Notes under the pieces: model-generated
Told to the model about the DNA's origin: nothing
What the model saw: only the letters and a program-made list of their open reading frames with translations
Databases searched by the model: none
Program-made: the position numbers and the translations under genes
In this document: in pieces, positions 32,101 to 42,638 of the stretch
Numbering within the stretch: position 1 is the first letter of the stretch
Layout: each line of letters starts with the position of its first letter
Assembly: GCA_963833095.1 (NCBI GenBank)
Contig: CAWHWQ010000004.1
Location: forward strand, 192,001-256,000
DNA from: Vulcanimicrobiota bacterium
GTDB taxonomy: Bacteria; Vulcanimicrobiota; Vulcanimicrobiia; Vulcanimicrobiales; Vulcanimicrobiaceae
Length of the DNA stretch: 64,000 nt
Direction: 5' to 3'

Positions 32101-32982
32101 ATGAGTGGAGCCTTAGCAGCCTACGAAGGCCTTCTTCCCACACTGAGCATCAAAACCGTGGCGCAGATGGCCAACCTCTCGATCGACACGATACGCGCGT
32201 GGGAAAAGCGTTATCGAGCCGTCGTTCCTCAGCGCGCCCAAGGGGGCCGGCGCCAGTTCAGTAGCGGTGACGTCGAGCGGCTCGTGCTTCTACGCGAGAT
32301 CGTGGCTGCCGGCACGGCGATTTCGCGCGTAGCGCACTGTTCGACCGTCGAGCTCCGCGGCATGGCACGCGTGGTCGTCGATCGTGGCGAGTCCGATGAC
32401 GCCGACGTCGTGCGCTTGCTCAAGGTTATCCGTGCGCGCGACGTTTCGCGGCTGTGCGACGAATTGCTCAAGATGGCGCTCGTGCGCAGCACCGCCGAAT
32501 TCGGCGACGACATTATTGCAGCCGTACTCGCCGAACTCGACCGCAACGCGGAAGCACGGCATACCGGCGAACTGCTGCTGTCGTGCGCGCTCGTTTCGAT
32601 TTCATCGCGGTTGTTCGACAAGCATCCCGGCGCGCGCGGCCCCAACGTCATCTCGCTGACGCTGCCGGGCGAGCCGCACGGGATCCCTCCGCTCCTTGCG
32701 GCGCTCGTCGCCTCCGAAAACGGCTTCTGCGGTATGTATGCCGGAACGCAGATCGAACCGGCGGATGTCGAGACGCTCGCCGTCGACTTGGATGCAGTTG
32801 CAATCGTGATCCATACCGCGGTCGAGTCGTTCGAGCATATGCAAGCCGCGCTGCGGCTCGTTGAAAAACTGCCGCGAACGCGCCTCGTGATAACGGGGCG
32901 AGGTAGTCTCCTCGCCCCGCCTGGTGTTGGGGCAGCGAACTCTTTGCGCGACCTCGCGCGGGAATTTAAGAGCGTATACTAG
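32101..32982 (+). CDS. MerR-family regulator with degenerate B12-binding domain (CarH/LitR-like); start may be 32065
   Basis: SIDTIRAWEKRY..PQR..GGRRQFS..DVERL HTH; LPGEPHG motif. Confidence 0.8.
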   Translation: MSGALAAYEGLLPTLSIKTVAQMANLSIDTIRAWEKRYRAVVPQRAQGGRRQFSSGDVERLVLLREIVAAGTAISRVAHCSTVELRGMARVVVDRGESDDADVVRLLKVIRARDVSRLCDELLKMALVRSTAEFGDDIIAAVLAELDRNAEARHTGELLLSCALVSISSRLFDKHPGARGPNVISLTLPGEPHGIPPLLAALVASENGFCGMYAGTQIEPADVETLAVDLDAVAIVIHTAVESFEHMQAALRLVEKLPRTRLVITGRGSLLAPPGVGAANSLRDLAREFKSVY

Positions 32983-32988
32983 CCGCAG

Positions 32989-33444
32989 CTACTCCATCGC
33001 CGTTGCGAAAAAGTTGCCGGCGCGCCAGTAACCGTACGCGATGATCTGACGACCGACCGCGACGCGACCGCTGGTTTCGCGATTGAGGGCCGGCTGATCG
33101 TTGATCACGATCGTGCGGTCAGCGAGTTGCACCGTGACGAGATGCCCGCGCACGGACGTGATCGTGCCCGCAATGCGCGCACGACGCGGACCGACCGCGT
33201 AGCCCGGGCAATGCCCGTTGGCAGTCCATACGCCGCTCACCCACGTACCACAAATGGGATCGCCGTATTGGTTGTTGGGACCAAACGCCGCCGTGTCGTT
33301 GATGTCCGCGTCCGGATCCTTATCAACTGTGGTGGTCGTCGTGGTTGTCGTTTGTTGTGTTTGCTGAGATTGAGCAAACGCCGGCGCGGCCAGCGCTGCC
33401 CCAAGGGCCAGTGAGAGAATCGTCGCCGTAATTTCTCGTTTCAT
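32989..33444 (-). CDS. Secreted hypothetical protein
   Basis: Signal peptide MKREITATILSLALGAALAAPAFA, Thr-rich linker, OB-fold-like C-terminus. Confidence 0.8.
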   Translation of the reverse strand: MKREITATILSLALGAALAAPAFAQSQQTQQTTTTTTTTVDKDPDADINDTAAFGPNNQYGDPICGTWVSGVWTANGHCPGYAVGPRRARIAGTITSVRGHLVTVQLADRTIVINDQPALNRETSGRVAVGRQIIAYGYWRAGNFFATAME

Positions 33445-33481
33445 AGCGGCATTTCTACCCACTTTTTCGCGCTAAACCAAA

Positions 33482-34621
33482 CTAGCGCTCGTACAGCCAA
33501 CGTTTGATCGCGGCCGCAACAAGGATGTGCTCGATTGGATGCAGGCGCGACAAGAGTGCCTCTTCATCTTCGCCCGCCATTACCTGCAGCGGCTTGCGCG
33601 TCAGCACGCGTCCGCGGTCCGTCTGCGCAGTCACCTCGTGCACGCTTGCGCCGCTCCACGCGCTGCCGGCCGCAAGCGTATCGCGCACCGCGCGTGCTCC
33701 GCGAAATGCCGGGACGACCGTTCCGTCAGGCATGCCGACGCGATCCCGTGACGGGTCAAGCGGCAAGAACGACGGATGCACGTTGAGCATTTCGGGAAAT
33801 GCGTCGACAAACGCCGGTTCGAGCAAATGCATCCATCCAAGCAATAACACCAGCTGCGGTTCGAACCGTGCGACCGCGCCGCGCAGCAGAGCATCGTACT
33901 GCGAGCGAGACTGGTCGCCGCGCTGCCAGGGCAGCGCGATCGCCGGAATCCCGGCGGCTTTGGCCCGTTCGATCGCGTAGGCGCCCGGCTTGTTGCAGAC
34001 CAGCGCCGCGAGGTCCAGCGGCAGGCCGCCGGCGACACGATCGATCACCGCTTGAAAATTCGTCCCGCTTCCCGAAGCCAGCACGACCGTGCGAACCGGA
34101 GCCGGCGTAAGACTGCGCGGATCGTAGCGTTCGACAACGCGCGCTCCGGCGTGCCGCTCGTAGTACGGTACCAAACCCTCCGACGTCGCGGCGATCAGCG
34201 CGCGCCGATATCCACGCGCGCGCAACCCGCACAACGCCACCTGCAACAACGAAGAGCCTAAACTGTCACCCTGAGGTGCGAAGCCTCGAAGGGTCGGCTC
34301 AACACCCAACGGACCGAAGATGCCGACATCCGGTTCGCGCGCGATTCCGCGCAGCCATGCGTAGCGCAGGCCCGTCGGATCGAACGCCGCAAAGCCGGCC
34401 GGTTTCCCGTCACGCATTGCAACCGCAGACTGCGCAACCGCGACTTCGCTGCTCCACGCGCCGCCGAAGACGTCATCGATCCATGCCAGTACCGGATCGC
34501 TTGCGCCGCCGGCAACATCGAGCGAGTATCCGGCACGTTCGACGCGTTCGCGCGCAGCGCCGTCGCCCGCGAAACGTTCGTCGAGATCGACGGCGAGATT
34601 AACGAGCTTCGTGGATGACAA
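33482..34621 (-). CDS. purN: GNAT acetyltransferase - phosphoribosylglycinamide formyltransferase fusion
   Basis: N-terminal GNAT (AGFAAF, FGPLGV.P, ARGY..A.I, YYER); C-terminal PurN (VLASGSGTNFQAV, LLGWMHLL, NVHPSFLP, SGASVHEV, DRG, IEH). Confidence 0.88.
   Translation of the reverse strand: MSSTKLVNLAVDLDERFAGDGAARERVERAGYSLDVAGGASDPVLAWIDDVFGGAWSSEVAVAQSAVAMRDGKPAGFAAFDPTGLRYAWLRGIAREPDVGIFGPLGVEPTLRGFAPQGDSLGSSLLQVALCGLRARGYRRALIAATSEGLVPYYERHAGARVVERYDPRSLTPAPVRTVVLASGSGTNFQAVIDRVAGGLPLDLAALVCNKPGAYAIERAKAAGIPAIALPWQRGDQSRSQYDALLRGAVARFEPQLVLLLGWMHLLEPAFVDAFPEMLNVHPSFLPLDPSRDRVGMPDGTVVPAFRGARAVRDTLAAGSAWSGASVHEVTAQTDRGRVLTRKPLQVMAGEDEEALLSRLHPIEHILVAAAIKRWLYER
34264..34293 (+). repeat. 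REP-like element in frame inside the GNAT domain
   Basis: TGTCACCCTGAGGTGCGAAGCCTCGAAGGG, read as TLRGFAPQGDS on the coding strand. Confidence 0.9.
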
Positions 34622-35632
34622 CTTGCGGCTCGCTGCCCTCGCGCGCTTCGATCCAGCCGATGACTTTCGCGCCCGGCGCCGCCGCCGCGGCTTTGGCAGC
34701 GTCGACGAACGGCACGATCAGCGTGTATCCGACGCCCATGTTCAACGTGCGGTACTTTTCCTCGTGGGTCAAAGTGCCGCGGCGCACCAGTTCTTGCATG
34801 ATTGGCGGCACGCTCCAACGCGCTGCCTCGAAGATGGCTTTCGCGCTATCAGGCAGCGTTCGCGGCACGTTCTCGAGCAGGCCACCGCCGGTGATGTGCG
34901 ACATCGTCTTGACGCGCGCGACCTTCTGAATCGCCCGGACCTCGTCGTAGTACGAAGGGTGCGGCGCAAGCAACGCATCGGCAAACGTTGTTCCGTTGAA
35001 GGGCTTGGTCCATTCATCGCGGCGGAATCAGCGCGCGCGCAAGCGAGTAGCCGTTAGTGTGCAGCCCGATCGAGGGCAATCCGATGATTGCATCGCCGGC
35101 GCTCGACGCTCTTGGGCTTCGGAATCTCGTCAATGTCCACGATCCCGACGATCGTTCCGGCCAGATCGAAATGCCCCGGTGCGTATAATCCCGGCATCTC
35201 GGCCGTTTCACCGCCAAGCAGCGCGCATTCGTGGGCGCGGCATGCCTGCGCGCAGCCCGCGACTACCTCGGCGGCAACCGCTGGGTCGAGTTTTCCGACC
35301 GCAAAATAGTCGAGAAAGAACATCGGTGTCGCGTTTACGACGAGGATATCGTTGACGCAATGATTGACGAGATCGCGCCCGACGCCGTCGTAGCGCTGCA
35401 GTTCGGCGGCGATGAGAATCTTCGTGCCGACACCGTCGGCCGACGCGACCAGCGCACGGTCGCCCCCGCCGGGCAAGCGGAAAAGCCGCCGAAGCCGCCG
35501 ATCGCGTCGAGCTGATCGGGATGCCGCCACGCGCCCAGGACCTCGCTTGTAGCGCGCGACGGCCTCGTTGCCCGCGGCAATATCGACGCCGGCGCGCGCG
35601 TAGGCGTCTTCCGTGCGACTTTGGTCGCTCAT
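34599..35632 (-). CDS. purM: Phosphoribosylformylglycinamidine cyclo-ligase (about four frameshifts)
   Basis: YARAGVDI, IGGFGG, ADGVGTK, NHCVND, FFLDY, GGETAEMP, GLHTNGYSL, HITGGG, TLNMGVG across frames. Confidence 0.93.
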
Positions 35633-35730
35633 AGGGCCCCCGGCGCAGGGCCAGAGCTGCGCACCAGCCGAATTGTGGTCAAAACGATCGCCATTCGGCG
35701 GTCATACTTCACCCAATCGAAAGGTAGCCC

Positions 35731-37289
<1,559 letters not shown>

Positions 37290-37293
37290 CCCA

Positions 37294-37543
37294 TGTCATC
37301 CCGAGCGTAGTCGAGGGACCGTTACCCATCTCCGGCAACGCGGCGCGTTCACCCGCATATTTGTCATCCCGAGCGTAGTGGGTGAACGCGAAGCGTTCAC
37401 CCGCGTAGTCGAGGGACCGTTACCCATCTCCGGCAACGCGGCGCGTTCACCCGCATATTTGTCATCCCGAGCGTAGTGGGTGAACGCGAGGCGTTCACCC
37501 GCGTAGTCGAGGGACCGTTACCCATCTCCGGCAACGCGGCGCG
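37294..37543 (+). repeat. Tandem 98-bp units of REP-like element plus linker
   Basis: Three TGTCATCCCGAGCGTAG..GTCGAGGGACCGTTACCCATCTCCGGCAACGCGGCGCGT units; the first lacks the internal hairpin. Confidence 0.95.
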
Positions 37544-37933
37544 TCACTGCGCACTATGCGTTTCCGACGTCATTGGCTCGACCCATTGCGCGCGCCACGC
37601 CGCGGGAGCAATTGGTTCCCCGAAGTACTGAGTTTCGTGGAATACTTTGTCTCCTCGGAACTCGTGGATGCTCACCGTATACCAAGGCTTTCCGTCATAC
37701 GTGATAATGACCTCGCTTACCCAAACGGGGCCGCTGCCCATTATCCGCAGCACTTTAGATATACTCGGATGACCTCGCTCTGCACGGCGCTGAGCGATCA
37801 GGTTTGCAAGGCCGCGTATTCGTTCGCCCGATTGAGGGAAGTCCCAAATGACGTCTTCCGCGTAGAGGTCGCCCGACATCGGATTCGCCCAACGCTGCTC
37901 GATCATCGAGATCCGAATAGCAGATTCGTCCAT
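37544..37933 (-). CDS. SnoaL/NTF2-like protein
   Basis: YAEDVIWDFPQSGERIRG..VSIHEFRGDKV..ETQYF..WRAQWVE. Confidence 0.88.
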   Translation of the reverse strand: MDESAIRISMIEQRWANPMSGDLYAEDVIWDFPQSGERIRGLANLIAQRRAERGHPSISKVLRIMGSGPVWVSEVIITYDGKPWYTVSIHEFRGDKVFHETQYFGEPIAPAAWRAQWVEPMTSETHSAQ

Positions 37934-37963
37934 AAAGTACTCCTAAGAACCACCTTCGTTGAT

Positions 37964-38001
37964 TTGTCATCCCGAGCGCAGCGAAGCGGAGTCGAGGGAC
38001 C
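37964..38001 (+). repeat. REP-like element
   Basis: TTGTCATCCCGAGCGCAGCGAAGCGGAGTCGAGGGACC. Confidence 0.9.
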
Positions 38002-38089
38002 GTTACCTACCCGTGCACCGCGAAGAAAAAGGCAACGAACGACGCCAAAATTACGGTGGTCTGCCCTACGATGCAGAATTTAAGAACCC

Positions 38090-38245
38090 TTAGGTGAGAG
38101 TCGAGCTTCCTCTCGATCCGATCGCAGCGCTCGTTGAGCGCAACCGAGAGCCAGTCGGGCTGTGCGCTCAAGGCGGTCTCCTTCTCGCCATCCTAGCCCA
38201 CCTCGCGCAGCGATAACAAGGGGCCCCTGAGGGACGCTCGCAGAA
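38090..38245 (+). ncRNA. Structured panB leader, candidate pan RNA motif
   Basis: GAG-A-GCC-A-GTC..GGC-GGT-CTC hairpin with two bulged A (38146-38180), plus alternative stem TTGAGCGCA/TGCGCTCAA, directly 5' of panB. Confidence 0.5.
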
Positions 38246-38257
38246 GCACAAACGGCT

Positions 38258-39088
38258 ATGGCACAGACCCGCCAACTCAAAGAAGACGCTCGCCCATACG
38301 AGCCGGCCAAGGGTCCGGCACTACGACGCGTCACCGCCGGCGCTATCAAGCGGCGCAAAGGCACAACTATCGTCCCCATGATCACCGCATACGATGCGCC
38401 GTTCGGGCGTTACGCTGAAGAAGCGGGCATCGATTGGATTCTCGTCGGTGATAGTCTCGGGAACGTCGTACTCGGATTCGACGAAACGACGCCGGTGACA
38501 ATGGATGACATGGTCCATCACACCGCCGCCGTCGTGCGCGGCACATCGCGTGCGCACATCATTGCCGACATGCCCTTCGGCTCGTATCAAGTCAGCGACG
38601 AAGAGGCGCTGCGCAACGCGATTCGCCTGGTCAAAGAAGGCGGCGCAATGTCCGTCAAACTCGAGGGTGGCAGCAACGAAGCCGCGCGCATCCGCGCCAT
38701 CGCGCGTGCCGGTATTCCGGTTGTCGGTCACATCGGTATCACGCCGCAAACAGCCGGGCTTGGTCCCGGCTATCGTATGCGTACCCATCGCGATCGATTG
38801 ATGGAGGATGCGCTCGCGGTCGAAGCCGCCGGCGCCTACGCGATCGTGCTCGAAGTCGTCGATTTCGAAATCGCGCGCGAACTCACCGAAAAGCTTTCCA
38901 TTCTCACGGTCGGCATCGGTGCGGGATCACACTGCGATTCGCAAGTGCTGGTCATGCACGACGTGCTCGGCATGTACCCGCACTCGCCGCCGTTCGTCAA
39001 ACGCTTTGCCGAGATCGGCATCGCGATAACGAACGCCCTACGCGAGTATGCGAGCGCGGTAAAGGAAGGCGACTTCCCCGCCAAGTGA
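38258..39088 (+). CDS. panB: 3-methyl-2-oxobutanoate hydroxymethyltransferase
   Basis: MITAYD, LVGDSLG, ADMPFGSY, VKLEGG, GHIGITPQ, GIGAG. Confidence 0.96.
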   Translation: MAQTRQLKEDARPYEPAKGPALRRVTAGAIKRRKGTTIVPMITAYDAPFGRYAEEAGIDWILVGDSLGNVVLGFDETTPVTMDDMVHHTAAVVRGTSRAHIIADMPFGSYQVSDEEALRNAIRLVKEGGAMSVKLEGGSNEAARIRAIARAGIPVVGHIGITPQTAGLGPGYRMRTHRDRLMEDALAVEAAGAYAIVLEVVDFEIARELTEKLSILTVGIGAGSHCDSQVLVMHDVLGMYPHSPPFVKRFAEIGIAITNALREYASAVKEGDFPAK

Positions 39089-39723
39089 ACGGCCCGCAGT
39101 TCGACGACGCGTTTCGCGCGCGGCTGCACGACCTTTTTCGATGGCGCCGCGACGTGCGACACTTTCGCAAGCAGCCCGTTTCGCGCGAAGACATCGAAGC
39201 GCTGGTGCGTGAAACCGCGCTCTCTCCGTCGGTTGGTTTTTCGCAACCCTGGCGCTTCGTGCGGGTCGATGCTACGGAGCGGCGCCAATCAGTCACCGCC
39301 TCATTCGAACGCGCGAACGCCGATGCACTGGCCGGGTACGCGGGCGATGACGCGCTCAAGTACGCGACCCTCAAACTTTCGGGATTGCGCAATGCGCCGG
39401 TGCACCTCGCCGTGTTTTGCGATGCCTCGACAACGACCGGCAAGGGATTGGGACGCGCCACGATGCCCGAGATGCTCGCCTATTCCGCGGCCAATGCCGT
39501 CTACACGTTTTGGCTTGCGGCTCGGGCGCGTGGGATCGGCGCCGGATGGGTCTCCATTCTCGATCCGGAAACGGTGACGCAGACGCTCGAGGTTCCGCCC
39601 GAGTGGAAGCTCATCGCGTATCTCTGCGTCGGCTATCCGGCCGACGAATCCGATTCACCCGAACTCGAACGCGCGGGCTGGGAATCGCGCGACGACCGCG
39701 CAACGACGGTGTACGAGCGCTAG
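39085..39723 (+). CDS. bluB: 5,6-dimethylbenzimidazole synthase
   Basis: WRRDVRHF, PSVGFSQPWRF, YATLKLSGL, LGRATMPEM..YS, GWVSI, LIAYLCVGYP, ELERAGW. Confidence 0.9.
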   Translation: MNGPQFDDAFRARLHDLFRWRRDVRHFRKQPVSREDIEALVRETALSPSVGFSQPWRFVRVDATERRQSVTASFERANADALAGYAGDDALKYATLKLSGLRNAPVHLAVFCDASTTTGKGLGRATMPEMLAYSAANAVYTFWLAARARGIGAGWVSILDPETVTQTLEVPPEWKLIAYLCVGYPADESDSPELERAGWESRDDRATTVYER

Positions 39724-39761
39724 TAGTCATCCGAGCGGGCGGCTCGAGCGTACTACGAAGT

Positions 39762-39920
39762 ATGCGGTTCCTCTCGCACCTCTTCCCCGTCGTCATGGTA
39801 GTCTTCGTCGCCATCGCCGTAACGCAATTTTCACTCGCCTGGGGCAATGCGCAGCGTGGCATCCTTCTCTACGAGCGGACCTGCCCGCTCAATAGCGGTC
39901 CTGAGGCGCCTTCCCTCTAA
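39762..39920 (+). CDS. Small hydrophobic hypothetical protein (52 aa)
   Basis: MRFLSHLFPVVMVVFVAIAVTQFSLAWG.. fills the gap between bluB and the next gene. Confidence 0.45.
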   Translation: MRFLSHLFPVVMVVFVAIAVTQFSLAWGNAQRGILLYERTCPLNSGPEAPSL

Positions 39921-39930
39921 AGCCTCGCCC

Positions 39931-40893
39931 ATGAACCGGCGTGCCTTTGCCGGGGGCGCCGCCGCCTCCGTTACCGCGAGTATGCTCGGCGGTTGTTCAG
40001 GCTCCGAACCGCGCGCGCTGCCGGGCGTTCCGCCTCGCCTTTCCTACGATGATTCGGTGCGAGCGATTCGCGCTGTGATCGCTCGCGATGCAGCCGATGC
40101 GACGCTCATCCATGAGGCTTTGCCGCGTCTCTACGAACATGGCGGCCCGGTCGAGAACGCGGTCATTCTTTTTCATGGATTCACGAATTGCCCGCAACAG
40201 TTCGACCTGCTTGCACGGCAATTCTACGCGCGTGGCTGTAACGTCTACGTGCCGCGCATTCCGCGCCACGGGCAGAGAGACCGTGTCACCACGACGCTTG
40301 CGAACCTTACCATCGACGAGTTGGGAACGAGCACGCTGGATGCGTTTACTTTTGCGCGAGGACTCGGCCGGCGCCTGAGTTCGGTCGGCTTATCGCTCGG
40401 CGGATCGATGTCGCTGTGGCTCGCTCAAGCGATGCCGATCGATCGCGCCGTCGCCGTTTCGCCGTTTCTCATGCCGATCGGCATTCCCCGAGGCATCGGC
40501 ACGGCAGCGATGCGCACACTCTACACGATCCCGAGCATGTACTGGTGGTGGGACCCGCGCGTAAAACAACATTGCCTGCCCACCTACGCCTATCCCGGCT
40601 ATCCAACGCACGGTCTTGCTGAAGTGACGTTCTTCGGCGATAAGCTCTTCGCGTACTCACATGGCAAGCCGCTCGGAAAAAATTGTATCCTCGTTACCAA
40701 TGCGAACGAAAGCGCGGTGAACAACTCGGTGTCGCGCGACCTGCTCGCGCAATGGAAGACCAGTGGCGCAAACGTATCCGAGGTCGTGCTGAGCGGCCTG
40801 GGTCCGCCGCGCCACGATATCATCGATCCGACGACGTTTCCGCAAGGTGTGAAGTTGGTTTATCCGCGGCTCATCGACATGGTTCTTAGCTAA
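39931..40893 (+). CDS. Tat-exported lipoprotein alpha/beta hydrolase (esterase-like)
   Basis: MNRRAF twin-arginine, LGGC lipobox, HGFTNCP, GLSLGG. Confidence 0.85.
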   Translation: MNRRAFAGGAAASVTASMLGGCSGSEPRALPGVPPRLSYDDSVRAIRAVIARDAADATLIHEALPRLYEHGGPVENAVILFHGFTNCPQQFDLLARQFYARGCNVYVPRIPRHGQRDRVTTTLANLTIDELGTSTLDAFTFARGLGRRLSSVGLSLGGSMSLWLAQAMPIDRAVAVSPFLMPIGIPRGIGTAAMRTLYTIPSMYWWWDPRVKQHCLPTYAYPGYPTHGLAEVTFFGDKLFAYSHGKPLGKNCILVTNANESAVNNSVSRDLLAQWKTSGANVSEVVLSGLGPPRHDIIDPTTFPQGVKLVYPRLIDMVLS

Positions 40894-40897
40894 GCGC

Positions 40898-42628
40898 CTA
40901 CACATCCGCCAAGCTGCGATAGGCTTGCAGCACGTCGCGGCGTGTGACGATGCCCAGCAGATGCTCGTCGGTGGGATCCACCACCGGTAAGAGCGGCACC
41001 GGCGCATCGGCCATCAGCGTAGCCGCACGCTCCACGGTGTCATCGGCGTGCAGCACGTGGGTCATCGGTTGGACCAGACTCGAGATGCGCTCGCGCCCGC
41101 GACCTTCGGCAACGGCGCGCGCCAAATCAGCCGACGTCACGATGCCGATAAAGCGCCGGCCGCTGCAGACCGGAACCGCCAGCTCGCCGGCCTCCCCTTC
41201 GCGCAGCGCAACGCTTGCGATCTCGTCGTTCAACTGCGCGACCACCGGCGGATCGCGTCGTATCGTGTCAACGTTGAGGCGACTGAGAAAACGTGGACGG
41301 CGGACACGCTGCCAGTCGATGCCGCGTCGAATCAACTTCATTTCGTACACCGTCGAGCCGAGCATGCGCCGCCCCAGTACCGTCGCAATTACCACGCATA
41401 CCATCAGCGGCAAAATGATCCGGTAATCGTTCGACATCTCAAAGACGATGATAATCGCCGTCATTGGCGCTTCGGATGCCGCAGCAAACAGCGCGGCCAT
41501 GCCGACGAGGCCATACGCGGCGCCGGGTGCCGTCCATAGCGGGAAGACCTGATGCACGAGGCGTCCAAAAGCATCGCCCAAAAACGCGCCGGTGAAGAGC
41601 GATGGCGCAAAGACGCCGCCCGATCCGCCCGAACCCAGCGTGAGCGACGTCGCAAGAGGCTTGGCGATCGCAAGCGCAAGCGCGCGATCCGCGCCGACAT
41701 GTTGATCGAGCACCTGCTGCATCGACACGTAGCCGACGCCGAAGATCTGCGGAATCCAAATGCCGATCACGCCGACCAAGCCGAAGCCGATGCCGCCTTT
41801 GACCCACGAGGGAATCTTGAATTCTTCGAAGCGGTCTTCAAAGAAATACAGCATGCGTACAAAGCCGGTCGCCCACACCGCGGCGATCACGCCCAGAATC
41901 GCATAGAAGAACAATTCATACGGAGAGACCAGTTCAAATCCGGCCGCCGAGAACGAGGCATGATCGCCGAAATACGCGCGGCCAATTACCGCCGAAATCA
42001 CTGACGACACCACGATCGCGGCAAACGAGCGCGGCGCGAACTCCCCGAGAATGACTTCGGCGGCAAAGAATACGCCGCCGATCGGGGCATTGAACGTCGC
42101 CGAGATTCCCGCCGCGGCGCCGCACGCGACCAGCGTTCGCACGATCGGCGCCGGCGCGCGCACCAATTGCCCAAGGAGCGAGCCGATGGTCGAACCGATC
42201 TGCACGATCGGCCCTTCCCGTCCGCAGCTTCCGCCAAAGCCGATCGAGGTCGCCGAGGCCAAGGCTTTGATGGCGATCACGCGCGGGCGCATCTTGCCGC
42301 CACGCAGCGCGACGGCTTCCATGACTTCAGGCACGCCGTGCCCCTTGGCTTCCGGGGCGAAGGTCGATGTGATCCAGGCAGCGATGATGCCGCCGATCGC
42401 GAGCTGCACCACGATCGCCGCCACGCCGATCACTCTGCCCAGCGATGCGCCGATGACGTTGAATGCAAGAAACGTTTCGCCGGTAATGAGCGCGCGAAAG
42501 GCGACGGCTCCAAAGCCCCCGCCGAGGCCGACGATGACCGCAGTCACCATCAAAAACGTCGTCTGGGATACCGTTACGCGTCCGACGCGCAGTTGGGATC
42601 GCCCGTCTTTAAGGACGTACTCGATCAC
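40898..42628 (-). CDS. ClC chloride channel/antiporter with CBS domains (start uncertain)
   Basis: GHGVPEV, GREGP, FNAPIGG, GGVFAP, C-terminal CBS pair. Confidence 0.93.
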   Translation of the reverse strand: MIEYVLKDGRSQLRVGRVTVSQTTFLMVTAVIVGLGGGFGAVAFRALITGETFLAFNVIGASLGRVIGVAAIVVQLAIGGIIAAWITSTFAPEAKGHGVPEVMEAVALRGGKMRPRVIAIKALASATSIGFGGSCGREGPIVQIGSTIGSLLGQLVRAPAPIVRTLVACGAAAGISATFNAPIGGVFFAAEVILGEFAPRSFAAIVVSSVISAVIGRAYFGDHASFSAAGFELVSPYELFFYAILGVIAAVWATGFVRMLYFFEDRFEEFKIPSWVKGGIGFGLVGVIGIWIPQIFGVGYVSMQQVLDQHVGADRALALAIAKPLATSLTLGSGGSGGVFAPSLFTGAFLGDAFGRLVHQVFPLWTAPGAAYGLVGMAALFAAASEAPMTAIIIVFEMSNDYRIILPLMVCVVIATVLGRRMLGSTVYEMKLIRRGIDWQRVRRPRFLSRLNVDTIRRDPPVVAQLNDEIASVALREGEAGELAVPVCSGRRFIGIVTSADLARAVAEGRGRERISSLVQPMTHVLHADDTVERAATLMADAPVPLLPVVDPTDEHLLGIVTRRDVLQAYRSLADV

Positions 42629-42638
42629 TCGGCGGCGG

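Noticed and set aside
33325..33370. Another poly-Thr attenuator
   Set aside because: The Thr run is a linker inside a secreted protein after its signal peptide; no terminator follows
37294..37543. CRISPR array
   Set aside because: Linkers are identical; these are tandem REP-like units
39725..39750. Additional repeat copy GTCATCCGAGC..CTCGAG after bluB
   Set aside because: Too degenerate to count; lacks the GAGGGAC/GAAGGG arm
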